64,000 nucleotides of DNA from an uncultured Desulfosarcina sp. (GTDB lineage: Bacteria > Desulfobacterota > Desulfobacteria > Desulfobacterales > Desulfosarcinaceae). The stretch spans positions 224,001 through 288,000 of the forward strand of contig CAXXWQ010000003.1 in assembly GCA_963674945.2 (NCBI GenBank), given 5' to 3'. The notes under the pieces were generated by a model. That model was not told the DNA's origin and did no database searches. It saw nothing but the letters and a program-made list of their open reading frames with translations. Of the stretch, positions 1 to 9,425 are shown one piece after another (positions within the stretch are counted from its first letter, which is position 1; every line of letters begins with the position of its first letter). The position numbers and the translations under genes were made by a program.

Positions 1-1
1 C

Positions 2-97
2 ATGCTCGACCGCAACCGGCCTTACCTCTTGTCGGGAAAGGTGGAGACCAACTGGGGGGCGGTGACCCTTACCGTGGATGGGGTGGAAAGGATCTAA
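2..97 (+). CDS. 3' end of a gene running in from the left edge; probably the C-terminal OB-fold of a DNA polymerase III alpha (DnaE/DnaE2-like) protein
   Basis: Manual translation ...MLDRNRPYLLSGKVETNWGAVTLTVDGVERI* (TAA 95-97) resembles DnaE-type C-termini; only 31 residues are visible. Confidence 0.5.
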   Translation: MLDRNRPYLLSGKVETNWGAVTLTVDGVERI

Positions 98-237
98 CGC
101 CATGTTGCATGCCAATTGATTCAAGGAATATGGCAGTCACATCAAGGCTGGCGAATTTTATCGTGTGTCTTGTCTATTTCACGAATCAATCGCAATCGAT
201 TGCCGTCACGAAGGGGATCGGCTTCATGGCCGTTTCT

Positions 238-2382
238 TCACCCCTTGATCAATAATTCTCTCTTGAAAGGTAGCTCTCGTAACCGGACGCCCGTCGCCGC
301 AAAGACTGCATTGGCCACAGCAGGGGCGACCGATGGAAAAACAGGCTCACCAACTCCTCCTGCGTTACGGTCGTTTTTCGCGATATGCACCTCTATTTCG
401 GGCACCTCGGACATGGTCAGCACAGGGTATTCATCATAGTTGGCCGTCTTCACGCCGCCGTTGTCAAAACTGACCTTTTCATGAAACGCCACGCTCAATC
501 CCATGACAACACCGGCTTCGGCCTGAGCCCGGATCGCATCCGGGTACACGGCAGTTCCGCAATCTATGGCGCAGTGCATCTTATGCACGGTAATGCTCCC
601 GTTTTTTCCGACCGATACCTCTGCCATATGAGCAGCAAAGGAGTCAAAACATGACGTTACGGCAACCCCTCTCGCTCTGCCCTTGGGAACAGGGCTGTTC
701 CATCCTCCCTTCTCAGCTGCGAGAGACAGAACCTCATAGGGCCTGGAGCCTTTTTCCATGTGATCCAGGCGGAATCGAACCGGATCTTTTCCGGCTGCAT
801 GGGCCATCTCGTCCATAAAAGACTCCACAACGAACGCATTCACCGAGTATCCCACCGAACGCCACCACCCCACGGTGATGGGAAGATTCATCATCACGTA
901 GTCCACATACATGTTCGGAAACGAATAAGGCATATCCCGGATGCCTGAAACCGCATCGGGATCGATGCCGTTTTGCACGGCCTGGGGCATCAACCGGGAC
1001 ATGACGGACGGGGCAACAACCTTATGCGACCAGGCGATCAACCGGCCCTCTTTATCCAATCCGGCTTTTATCGTGCACTGACTTGCCGGACGAAACCGAT
1101 CGTTGGCAAAATCATCCTCGCGGGTCCAGATCACTTTTACCGGACGGTCCAGTGTTTTGGAAAGCAATACCGAGTCGACAACCGCATCCTGTTCCCCGCG
1201 CAGACCGAATCCTCCGCCGGCCGGCAAGGTCATGACCTCCACTTTCTCAACTGGCAGACCTGTTAACCTGGATGCCGTTGCCTGGGTGGCGGTTTGACCC
1301 TGGGTCGGCACCCATATTCTGCAGCAACCTTTTTCCACATGGGCGGTGCAATTGATCGGTTCTGCCTGGGCGTGAGAAATGTAAGGAAGTTTGTAAGATT
1401 GTTCCATCGTCTGAGCAGATTGCGCCAATGCCTTGTGAACATCACCGCTGTTTTCGGCCACTGCCCCCGGTTTTTCAAGATGGGCTTTGAACGAAGCATC
1501 GATCGACTGATCATTCAAGTCAGGACGGGACCCCTCGGACCACTTGATGTCGAGCGCATTCCGCCCCTGCATGGCGGCATACGTCGTTTCCGCACATACG
1601 GCGACCCTGTCTTCCAATGGTACTACCCTGATCACCCCTTTGACGGCCAGTGCCGCCTTGGCATCATAGGATTGAAGAGACGCTCCGTATCGGGACGGCC
1701 TGGCCACAACGGCGATGCACATGCCGGGTATGGTGAAATCGAGACCAAAAATCGTTTTTCCCATCACTTTGTCCGGAATATCCAATCTTTTCCTTGGGGT
1801 GCCGATAATGCGATAATTCTTTGGATCTTTAAGGGGAGGATTTTCGGGAACCGGACGTTTTGCGGCGACTTCCGCCAACTGTCCATAGGTTCGGCTACGC
1901 CCGTCCGGATGGTTGACGTTTCCATCCTTTGCGATACATTTTTTAGCGGAAAGCCCCCACTGTTCGGCTGCCGCTTCAACCAGCATCTGCCTGGCCGCGG
2001 CGCCGACCTTGCGAAGCAACGCCCACCGATGGCGGATGCTGCTGCTTCCGCCGGTCACCTGTGCATGCCACACGGGACTTTTGAAAGGCTCGGCGGCAAG
2101 CGCCATTTTTACCTGCACCCTTTCCCAGGCCGCATCCAGTTCATCGGCGATAATCATCGGGATGCCGGTGTGCGTTCCCTGGCCGAGATTGGTCTGACCG
2201 ACCCAAACGGTGACCGTATCATCGGTCGCAATCTCCAGAAACGCGTGGGGTTTGAACGGAAGTCCCGAAGCGCCCCTTGCCGAAGATGCATTAAACAGGT
2301 TTATAGAACCCGAAAAAGCGGTGGCGGCAATCACCAAACTGCTTTTCTGTAAAAATGATCTTCTCGTCATATCGGTTCTCAT
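238..2382 (-). CDS. Xanthine oxidase-family molybdopterin-binding subunit (IorB/PaoC-like) with Tat signal
   Basis: 714 aa; N-terminal TRRSFLQ twin-arginine motif; GQGTHT, GGGFG, WWRSV and GGVGEP motifs. Confidence 0.9.
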   Translation of the reverse strand: MRTDMTRRSFLQKSSLVIAATAFSGSINLFNASSARGASGLPFKPHAFLEIATDDTVTVWVGQTNLGQGTHTGIPMIIADELDAAWERVQVKMALAAEPFKSPVWHAQVTGGSSSIRHRWALLRKVGAAARQMLVEAAAEQWGLSAKKCIAKDGNVNHPDGRSRTYGQLAEVAAKRPVPENPPLKDPKNYRIIGTPRKRLDIPDKVMGKTIFGLDFTIPGMCIAVVARPSRYGASLQSYDAKAALAVKGVIRVVPLEDRVAVCAETTYAAMQGRNALDIKWSEGSRPDLNDQSIDASFKAHLEKPGAVAENSGDVHKALAQSAQTMEQSYKLPYISHAQAEPINCTAHVEKGCCRIWVPTQGQTATQATASRLTGLPVEKVEVMTLPAGGGFGLRGEQDAVVDSVLLSKTLDRPVKVIWTREDDFANDRFRPASQCTIKAGLDKEGRLIAWSHKVVAPSVMSRLMPQAVQNGIDPDAVSGIRDMPYSFPNMYVDYVMMNLPITVGWWRSVGYSVNAFVVESFMDEMAHAAGKDPVRFRLDHMEKGSRPYEVLSLAAEKGGWNSPVPKGRARGVAVTSCFDSFAAHMAEVSVGKNGSITVHKMHCAIDCGTAVYPDAIRAQAEAGVVMGLSVAFHEKVSFDNGGVKTANYDEYPVLTMSEVPEIEVHIAKNDRNAGGVGEPVFPSVAPAVANAVFAATGVRLRELPFKRELLIKG

Positions 2383-2385
2383 GGC

Positions 2386-2847
2386 CTACCCTCCCTGTTT
2401 AGCGGTCATTTCGGCAGCCAGCATGATGGCCTGTTTAATCCTCGGATGTGAACCGCATCTGCAAATGACGTTATCCATGGCGTCGTTGACCTGGTCTTCG
2501 GATGGATTGGGTACCCGAGACAAAAAATCAACGGCCTGCAGCATAATGCCGGGCTGGCAGTATCCGCACTGGGGCACCTGTTTTTCGATCCAGGCAACCT
2601 TCACCGGATGATCGTCGGGCAAGCCTTCGATGGTCGTGATGTCACTTCCTTCGACATCTTCCATACTGACCACGCAAGAACGTCGAGCCTCGCCGTTAAT
2701 GAGTACCGTGCACATACCGCACTCTGCAATACCGCAGGTGTATTTCACGCTTGTAATCCCCAGGTTGTCCCGCAGGACCCATAACAAAGGGGTCTCCGGA
2801 GTCGCATCGACCTTCTTTTCCATACCGTTCACAATTAATGTAAACAT
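2386..2847 (-). CDS. (2Fe-2S)-binding small subunit (IorA/CoxS-like)
   Basis: CGIAECGMC...C and QCGYC...CRC motifs; GAGGAG RBS; 3 nt upstream of the large subunit. Confidence 0.92.
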   Translation of the reverse strand: MFTLIVNGMEKKVDATPETPLLWVLRDNLGITSVKYTCGIAECGMCTVLINGEARRSCVVSMEDVEGSDITTIEGLPDDHPVKVAWIEKQVPQCGYCQPGIMLQAVDFLSRVPNPSEDQVNDAMDNVICRCGSHPRIKQAIMLAAEMTAKQGG

Positions 2848-3069
2848 TTCGTCTCCTCTATTCGGTTATCCTGTTTATGGTAAGAATGAACCCGGCATTC
2901 CCTGTGCCGATCAGGATGAAGACACCAAACCCAATCCTGGGTTCTTCAGGCGTTCACTTGATTACGATTTGCTCATCGTCTCGCGGACCGATGCCGATCT
3001 TCTCCGTGTGTTCTATACAGTTGCGCCATTTAGAATCAGGTCTGGAAATTGAATCGATATTAACTTTAC

Positions 3070-4725
3070 CCTGAATCAGTGGCCTAATTTTTGCTGTTAG
3101 GATTGGCGCGGGGCGATTGCCTCACACACCATCATTTGTTGATAATTTTTCTCACTATTTTCAAATTTCGAAGGAATTTTGCTCCTGTTTCTCATTCTTT
3201 AGCCATAGCAAATCACCAAGCAAATGCCTGTAAAATTGTTCTTTTAAAAATTATAGCTACTTCATAGCGGAAAGCAAATTCAGACGAAGATAAATCCGAT
3301 CCATCAGTTTGGAAAATGGATTGAGTTGGCCAAAGGATATGTACCATTTTCTACTTCTGGTTACTAATCGACCGGCCATATACATCAAGTCCTGCATGAC
3401 TGTCCGGATTCGACGCCGGGTAACTTTCTTCCGGCGTATACCGGGCAATTCAGTCGGATCACTCTCTTCGATGCTGATTTGTCCGATAATCCGTAGCATG
3501 TTGTACGTCAGCATCGCCAAATGAAGAATCAAGCTATTGGTGGAAAAATGACCGCTCGGCAAGCGCTCCAGGCCCATGTCGGATTTGAGTTCGGAGTGAA
3601 ACTGCTCGCTGGTACCGTGATCGTGATAAAGTCGAATCACCTCATCCGGTGGCAACTGTGCGAGGCTGCACCAATAGGTATCGATCTGATACTCGGGGAA
3701 CAGCAGTACTTGGCCCTTTTTGGTATGCCTTTCGGTAACCTCAAAGATGATTGGGTAGCGCAATGGATTGCCGTTGATGTCTTCAATCGTCTTTCCGATC
3801 CATACACATTTTCCTGAGCGGCAATGCTGTTGCTTGCCGGATTTTTTTGCCAGATCAACCCACTTTTGAACAGATTCTCTACGCAAATTGCGTTTGATGA
3901 TAAAGTGGACATTCTTTCGTGAATCGTCAGGAAAGTTGTCTTGACTGTCGTTTCCTGAATCCAACCTCATCAAAATAGGCTGATCGGTAATTTGCCTGGC
4001 ATAATCCAAGGTGGCGTTGATAAATTCGGGGGTGTTTTTCTGGCAGTGTTGTTTTCCTTCTCTGAACTCAAGATTCACCAGATACCCCTCGGTGCCCAGG
4101 TAGGCAAAGATCGGAGCGAAGCCATCCGTGCCTTTGTAGGTTCTGGAAACGCCTTCCTTTTGAGTCTTTGAGTTGTCAAACGGACTCACATCCATATCCA
4201 AAGGAAGGAAATCACCCGCACTGGTTTGGATGGGTGAAATCGCCGGAGCGCAGGATCGAACCAAATCAACGCCTGCATCCTTAATCAGCTTATCGGCTTG
4301 GTTGCCGATCAAATCGATTCGCTGACGCAATGTCGGGCTTGACGGGCATGCACGATTGCCAATGGCCTTGTTGAAAAATTCTTGCTTCTCACGAAAAATC
4401 TCGATCGCATCGTAATCAGGTTTACCAATACTCATGAGAGCAATCATCGAAGCTAAAATGTCACCATGAGAAATTTTCGGGTCTACACAATGGACGCCGT
4501 TGATCTTTTCGAAACGGAACCTGAAATTTATCGCATCAAGTAATGCGCCGATATTGATCAATCCGCTATGACTGGCAAGTTTTTCCATCTCGTGTTTTAT
4601 GGTGATCGGACGCCGCATTGATTTCACCTCCGAAGTGAGCGTTTAGTGCCCTAATATTACCATAATATATATGTTTTATCAATTGGTTATAGTGTTTTAA
4701 TCAGGTTTTGTGCCACGGAAACAGG
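3070..4725 (-). mobile_element. IS1380-family insertion sequence, intact (1656 bp)
   Basis: Terminal IRs CCTGAATCAGTGGC (3070-3083) and revcomp CCTGTTTCCGTGGC (4712-4725), 11/14 match; flanked by 5-bp direct repeat TTTAC at 3065-3069 and 4726-4730. Confidence 0.9.
3257..4618 (-). CDS. IS1380-family DDE transposase
   Basis: LDMDVS, RLDSG, and YHDHGTSEQFHSELKSD motifs; likely start is ATG 4618 after GAGGTG (ORF track starts at GTG 4627). Confidence 0.9.
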   Translation of the reverse strand: MRRPITIKHEMEKLASHSGLINIGALLDAINFRFRFEKINGVHCVDPKISHGDILASMIALMSIGKPDYDAIEIFREKQEFFNKAIGNRACPSSPTLRQRIDLIGNQADKLIKDAGVDLVRSCAPAISPIQTSAGDFLPLDMDVSPFDNSKTQKEGVSRTYKGTDGFAPIFAYLGTEGYLVNLEFREGKQHCQKNTPEFINATLDYARQITDQPILMRLDSGNDSQDNFPDDSRKNVHFIIKRNLRRESVQKWVDLAKKSGKQQHCRSGKCVWIGKTIEDINGNPLRYPIIFEVTERHTKKGQVLLFPEYQIDTYWCSLAQLPPDEVIRLYHDHGTSEQFHSELKSDMGLERLPSGHFSTNSLILHLAMLTYNMLRIIGQISIEESDPTELPGIRRKKVTRRRIRTVMQDLMYMAGRLVTRSRKWYISFGQLNPFSKLMDRIYLRLNLLSAMK

Positions 4726-5534
4726 TTTACGTTAGCGTTTCATCAGAGAATATTTCGATCCGAAAACAGTCAATGTCGTGTCCGGTCGAGCTGCAGGGTT
4801 TCACGGTACTGATGGTAGGCACAAAAGGTTAATTCTTTTCGCGATCCCTATGATAATAGATTCATATATCGCACGACAATAGAGCGGATAAAAAAGATAG
4901 ATACCTTGATCGTCTATTGATTTCAAGGCAAACATCATCGATCCCATATATTGCAGTCGCCCATTTTGTCCCGAAGCACAGATTAGGAATCACCAACGTA
5001 TTGCAACATCAACTTACCGATCTATTAATTTTAAAACTTACAGTTAGTTATTTTCTTATATGATTTCTTTCTTCCGGGTATTGCGTCGGCCGGATGTTAT
5101 TGGCCATCACCTCAAAGTCAGCGTGACTTGATATTCTTTAAAATTTCGTTATACCCGAATTGACACAGTGCCATGAATGCGATAGAATATTTGCACATGC
5201 TTCAATTCCGAATGAAACTTTGCGAACGTCTCATTCCTTGTTGAATAGCGAGGTTCTTTTTTCATTCTCTTTCTGAGCGGAAACGCATATTCCAAAGTTC
5301 GACGATCGCACCGTATGACTGATGCGGTAAGATCGGCAATTCAAGCGGTTCAAGCGGCCGAGACGGGTTTCGCCTGATTTCAGATATATTCATTCGATTT
5401 TTCCTTTTCCCCATTTGCTCACAGCAATGGTGTTCATGGAGAACGCCAGCAGAGCGGGCTGTGATTTTTTGGATTTCGTCTTGCCACATTGGCATGACAA
5501 TCTTCATGTTTCTACCGGTTGAGGTACGCAATCG

Positions 5535-6560
5535 ATGAAAGCAATTCCCGTTGCCGAGGCCGTCGGTATGGTTTTGGGACATGATGTGACCCGAATCATA
5601 CCTGGAAAAGAAAAAGGTCCCGCCTTTAAAAAAGGCCACATTATCCGTCAGGAGGAGATTAGAGATTTTTTACGTATGGGCAAAGAGAATATTTTTGTTC
5701 TCGATTTGCATCCGGGCATGCTTCACGAAGACGTAGCCGCCGGGCGCATCGCCAGTGCGGCGGCGGGCGCAGGAATACGCCTGGGCGATCCCGCGGAGGG
5801 CCGTGTGAACATGTTCGCCGAAGACGCCGGCTTGCTCAAAATCGATGTTCCTGCCCTCAAACGGATCAACAGCCTCGGTCAGATCGCTTTTTCGACCCTG
5901 CACACCTTTCAGCCCGTGCGTGCCGGCCAGACCGTTGCCGGTACCCGGGTCGTACCGTTGATTATCGACGAGCGGGAAGTCGTCGAGGCCGAGGCGCTCT
6001 GCGCGGCGAATTTCCCCCTGATTCAGGTCAGGCCATACAAAACTTGCCGTGTGGGGGTGGTGACCACCGGCAGCGAAATCTATCATGGCCGCATCAAAGA
6101 CGGTTTCGGACCGGTGGTCGAGAAGAAATTCCAGGCCCTGGGCAGTAGTGTGATCCGCCAGATCCTGGTTTCCGATGACCGGCAGATGACCGTCGACGCC
6201 ATCCATGAACTGATTGCCGACGGTGCCGAGATGATCATGGTCACCGGCGGCATGTCCGTGGATCCCGACGACCAGACGCCGGCCAGCATCCGGGCCGCCG
6301 GTGGCCGGGTGATCGCCTATGGCGCACCGGTTTTTCCGGGGGCCATGTTCATGCTGGCCACAATCGGGGATATCCCCGTGGCCGGTCTGCCGGGATGTGT
6401 CATGTACTATCCCAACAGCATTTTCGATCTGGTGATCCCGCGTCTTCTGGCCAGCGAGCCGGTGACGCGTGAAGATATCGCCGCCCTGGGACACGGTGGG
6501 CTATGCGCCGGATGTGACGTATGCCGCTATCCCGCGTGCGGCTTCGGCAAAGGCTTCTGA
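5535..6560 (+). CDS. Molybdopterin-binding protein (MoeA/MogA-like domain with C-terminal Cys cluster)
   Basis: TTGSE, TGGMSVDPDD, PGAM and GLPGC motifs; C-terminal CxxCxxCxxPxC; GAGG RBS; directly upstream of mop. Confidence 0.85.
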   Translation: MKAIPVAEAVGMVLGHDVTRIIPGKEKGPAFKKGHIIRQEEIRDFLRMGKENIFVLDLHPGMLHEDVAAGRIASAAAGAGIRLGDPAEGRVNMFAEDAGLLKIDVPALKRINSLGQIAFSTLHTFQPVRAGQTVAGTRVVPLIIDEREVVEAEALCAANFPLIQVRPYKTCRVGVVTTGSEIYHGRIKDGFGPVVEKKFQALGSSVIRQILVSDDRQMTVDAIHELIADGAEMIMVTGGMSVDPDDQTPASIRAAGGRVIAYGAPVFPGAMFMLATIGDIPVAGLPGCVMYYPNSIFDLVIPRLLASEPVTREDIAALGHGGLCAGCDVCRYPACGFGKGF

Positions 6561-6615
6561 TGAAAGGCCCGAACTTCATTGACAGGTTTTTTTATCAAAC
6601 AAAAGGAGAGGAATT

Positions 6616-9336
6616 ATGATTTCACGCAATATCCTGCTCAACGGCACCAACAAGGTTGTGATTGCCTCGGAAAAGGATCGCCTGTCCGATATCCTGCGTG
6701 CCCAGTTGGGGCTGACCGGGACAAAGGTAGGCTGCGGCCAGGGGCAGTGCGGTGCCTGCAACGTCATCATGAACGGCAAGCTGGTACGCTCCTGTATCAC
6801 CAAATTCTCACGGGTCCCCGAGGGGGCGGCCGTGACCACCATCGAAGGCATCGGAACCCCGGGCGGATTGCATCCCCTGCAATTGGCCTGGATCGCCCAC
6901 GGCTGCGCCCAGTGCGGGTTCTGCAGCCCCGGTTTTATCGTCTCGGCCAAGGCCCTTCTGGATGAAAATCCAAGCCCCACCCGCGAAGAAGTCCGTGATT
7001 GGTTCCAGAAAAGCCGCAACGCCTGCCGTTGTACCGGTTACAAGCCCCTGGTGGACGCGGTCATGGACGCCGCCAAGGTACTGCGAAAAGAGATGCCGGC
7101 CGATGAACTCAATTTCAAGATTCCCGCCGACGGACGCATCTGGGGGACCAAATACCCGCGACCGACGGCCATCGCAAAAGTGACCGGCACTCTGGATTAC
7201 GGTGCCGACCTGGGCCTCAAACTTCCCGAGGACCGCCTGAACATGGCGCTGGTGCAGGCCATGATTTCCCATGCCAACATCAACGGCATCGATACCTCCG
7301 AGGCGGAGAAAATGCCCGGCGTGTTCAAGGTCATCACCCACAAGGATGTCCCCGGCAAAAACCGCATCACCGGGCTGATCACCTTTCCTTCCAACAAGGG
7401 AGACGGCTGGGATCGCCCCATCTTGAATGACAGCAAGGTCTTCCAGTACGGCGACGCCATCGCCATTGTCTGTGCCGACACCGAACACCACGCCAAGGAG
7501 GCGGCCGAAAAGGTCAAGGTGGATCTGGAGCCGTTGCCCGAATACATGAGCGCCCCGGCGGCCATGGCCGACGATGCCATCGAGATCCATCCGGGCACGC
7601 CCAATGTCTACTACATTCAGAAAATCGCCAAGGGTGGTGAGATCGCACCGATTTTCGATTCGGCCGACGCGACGGTGGAGGACGACTTCTACGTCGGCCG
7701 CCAGCCACACATGCCCATCGAGCCCGACGTGGGGTTTGCCTATAAAAATGATGACGGCAAACTGGTGATTCACTCCAAGTCCATCGGCCTGCACCTGCAT
7801 GCCTCCATGATCGCTCCCGGCATGGGTGTGGAGCTGGACAACCTGATCATGGTCCAGAATCCGGCCGGCGGTACGTTTGGCTATAAGTTCAGCCCTACCA
7901 TGGAAGCCCTGGTGGGCGTGGCCGCCCTGGTCACCGGACGGCCCTGTTTCCTCAAATACGATTACCACCAGCAACAAACCTACACGGGCAAACGTTCACC
8001 GTTCTTCATGAACATGCGTTTTGCAGCGGACAAGGACGGCAAGCTTCTGGCCATGGAAACCGACTACAGCGTGGACCATGGGCCTTACTCGGAGTTCGGC
8101 GACCTGTTGACCCTGCGTGGTACCCAGTTTATGGGTGCCGGTTACGACATCCCCAATATTCGTGGTGAGGGGCGCACGGTCTGTACCAACCATGCCTGGG
8201 GATCGGCGTTCAGGGCCTATGGTTCCCCCCAGAGCGAGTTCGCCTCGGAAGTACTGATGGACGAACTGGCCGAAAAACTGGGTATGGATCCTTTGGAGAT
8301 CCGCTACAAGAACGTTTACAGGAAAGGTTCCACGACGCCTACCGGTCAGGATCCGGAAGTCTACAGCCTGCCCGAAATGATCGATATCCTGCGTCCAAAA
8401 TACAAGGCGGCCCTGGACAAGGCCAAGGCCGAATCCACCGCCGGGACGAAAAAAGGCGTCGGCATCTCCGTTGGCGTATACGGCTGCGGTCTCGACGGCC
8501 CGGATGCCTCAGAGGCCTGGGTGGAACTCAACGCCGACGATACGATCACCGTCTACTCCTGCTGGGAGGACCACGGCCAGGGCGCCGATGCCGGTGCGCT
8601 GGGATCGGCCTTCGAGACGCTACGGGTGACAGGAATTACGCCGGATCGGGTGAAACTGGTGATGAACGACACGAGCAAGGCTCCCAATTCCGGTCCGGCC
8701 GGCGGCAGCCGCTCCCAGGTCATGACCGGCCAGGCCATTCGAAAGGCCTCCGAAGCGCTGGTGGCGGCCATGAAAAAACCGGACGGCGCTTACCGCAACT
8801 ATGCCGAAATGCAGGCCGATAAAATCCCGGTGCATTATGCAGGGCAGTGGACCGCCCCGGCCACCAACTGCGACGAAAACAGCCAGGGTTCGCCGTTCTC
8901 GGTCTACATGTACGGTGTTTTCATGGCCCAGGTGGCCGTGGAGACGGCCACCGGCAAGACCACGGTGGAGAAAATGACCCTGGTATCCGACATCGGCAAG
9001 ATCAACAACCGCCTGGTGGTGGATGGCCAGATGTACGGTGGCATGGCCCAGGGCATCGGCCTGGCGCTCACAGAGGACTACGAGGATATTAAAAAGCATT
9101 CCACCATGGCCGGTGCGGGATTTCCCTACATCAAGCAGATTCCTGACGACATGGAATTGATTTATGTGGAAACCCCGCGTAAGGACGGCCCATACGGCGC
9201 CGCCGGCGTGGGCGAGATGCCGTTGACCAGCCCCCATGCGGCGATCATTAACGGGATTTACAATGCCTGCGGCGTTCGCATCACCCGATTGCCGGCCTTG
9301 CCGGAAAAGGTGCTGGCCGGATTGCAAGCCAAGTAG
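6616..9336 (+). CDS. mop: Molybdopterin-dependent aldehyde oxidoreductase (Desulfovibrio Mop type)
   Basis: 906 aa; two N-terminal [2Fe-2S] motifs fused to the Mo domain; [20 protein letters not shown] and GVGEMP motifs match Mop architecture. Confidence 0.93.
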   Translation: MISRNILLNGTNKVVIASEKDRLSDILRAQLGLTGTKVGCGQGQCGACNVIMNGKLVRSCITKFSRVPEGAAVTTIEGIGTPGGLHPLQLAWIAHGCAQCGFCSPGFIVSAKALLDENPSPTREEVRDWFQKSRNACRCTGYKPLVDAVMDAAKVLRKEMPADELNFKIPADGRIWGTKYPRPTAIAKVTGTLDYGADLGLKLPEDRLNMALVQAMISHANINGIDTSEAEKMPGVFKVITHKDVPGKNRITGLITFPSNKGDGWDRPILNDSKVFQYGDAIAIVCADTEHHAKEAAEKVKVDLEPLPEYMSAPAAMADDAIEIHPGTPNVYYIQKIAKGGEIAPIFDSADATVEDDFYVGRQPHMPIEPDVGFAYKNDDGKLVIHSKSIGLHLHASMIAPGMGVELDNLIMVQNPAGGTFGYKFSPTMEALVGVAALVTGRPCFLKYDYHQQQTYTGKRSPFFMNMRFAADKDGKLLAMETDYSVDHGPYSEFGDLLTLRGTQFMGAGYDIPNIRGEGRTVCTNHAWGSAFRAYGSPQSEFASEVLMDELAEKLGMDPLEIRYKNVYRKGSTTPTGQDPEVYSLPEMIDILRPKYKAALDKAKAESTAGTKKGVGISVGVYGCGLDGPDASEAWVELNADDTITVYSCWEDHGQGADAGALGSAFETLRVTGITPDRVKLVMNDTSKAPNSGPAGGSRSQVMTGQAIRKASEALVAAMKKPDGAYRNYAEMQADKIPVHYAGQWTAPATNCDENSQGSPFSVYMYGVFMAQVAVETATGKTTVEKMTLVSDIGKINNRLVVDGQMYGGMAQGIGLALTEDYEDIKKHSTMAGAGFPYIKQIPDDMELIYVETPRKDGPYGAAGVGEMPLTSPHAAIINGIYNACGVRITRLPALPEKVLAGLQAK

Positions 9337-9368
9337 CAGCCTAGCGCGTTAGTGGCGTTTAAAAAGAG

Positions 9369-9405
9369 AAGGCGACCGTTGGCAAAGACTGCCAACGGTC
9401 GCCTT
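9369..9405 (+). terminator. Perfect 16-bp hairpin after mop (partial terminator or mRNA-stabilising stem)
   Basis: AAGGCGACCGTTGGCA-aagac-TGCCAACGGTCGCCTT; no U-tract on the + strand. Confidence 0.6.
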
Positions 9406-9425
9406 GACATAACGGGAATACCACC

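Noticed and set aside
1294..2352. Long antisense or overlapping ORFs (e.g. 1294..2352 +, 6808..7977 -, 18136..19146 +, 45730..46659 +, 47530..48321 +)
   Set aside because: Shadow frames of well-supported genes in GC-rich DNA; no motifs or RBS
5147..5170. Possible ModE/TunR-like box (CGTTATA...) upstream of the mop operon
   Set aside because: Only a half-site; no convincing palindromic partner
4726..5534. Coding potential or riboswitch in the long spacer before the mop operon, including ORF 5262..5639 -
   Set aside because: No recognisable protein motif or RNA family by eye; an Rfam scan (Moco/Tuco riboswitch) would be needed
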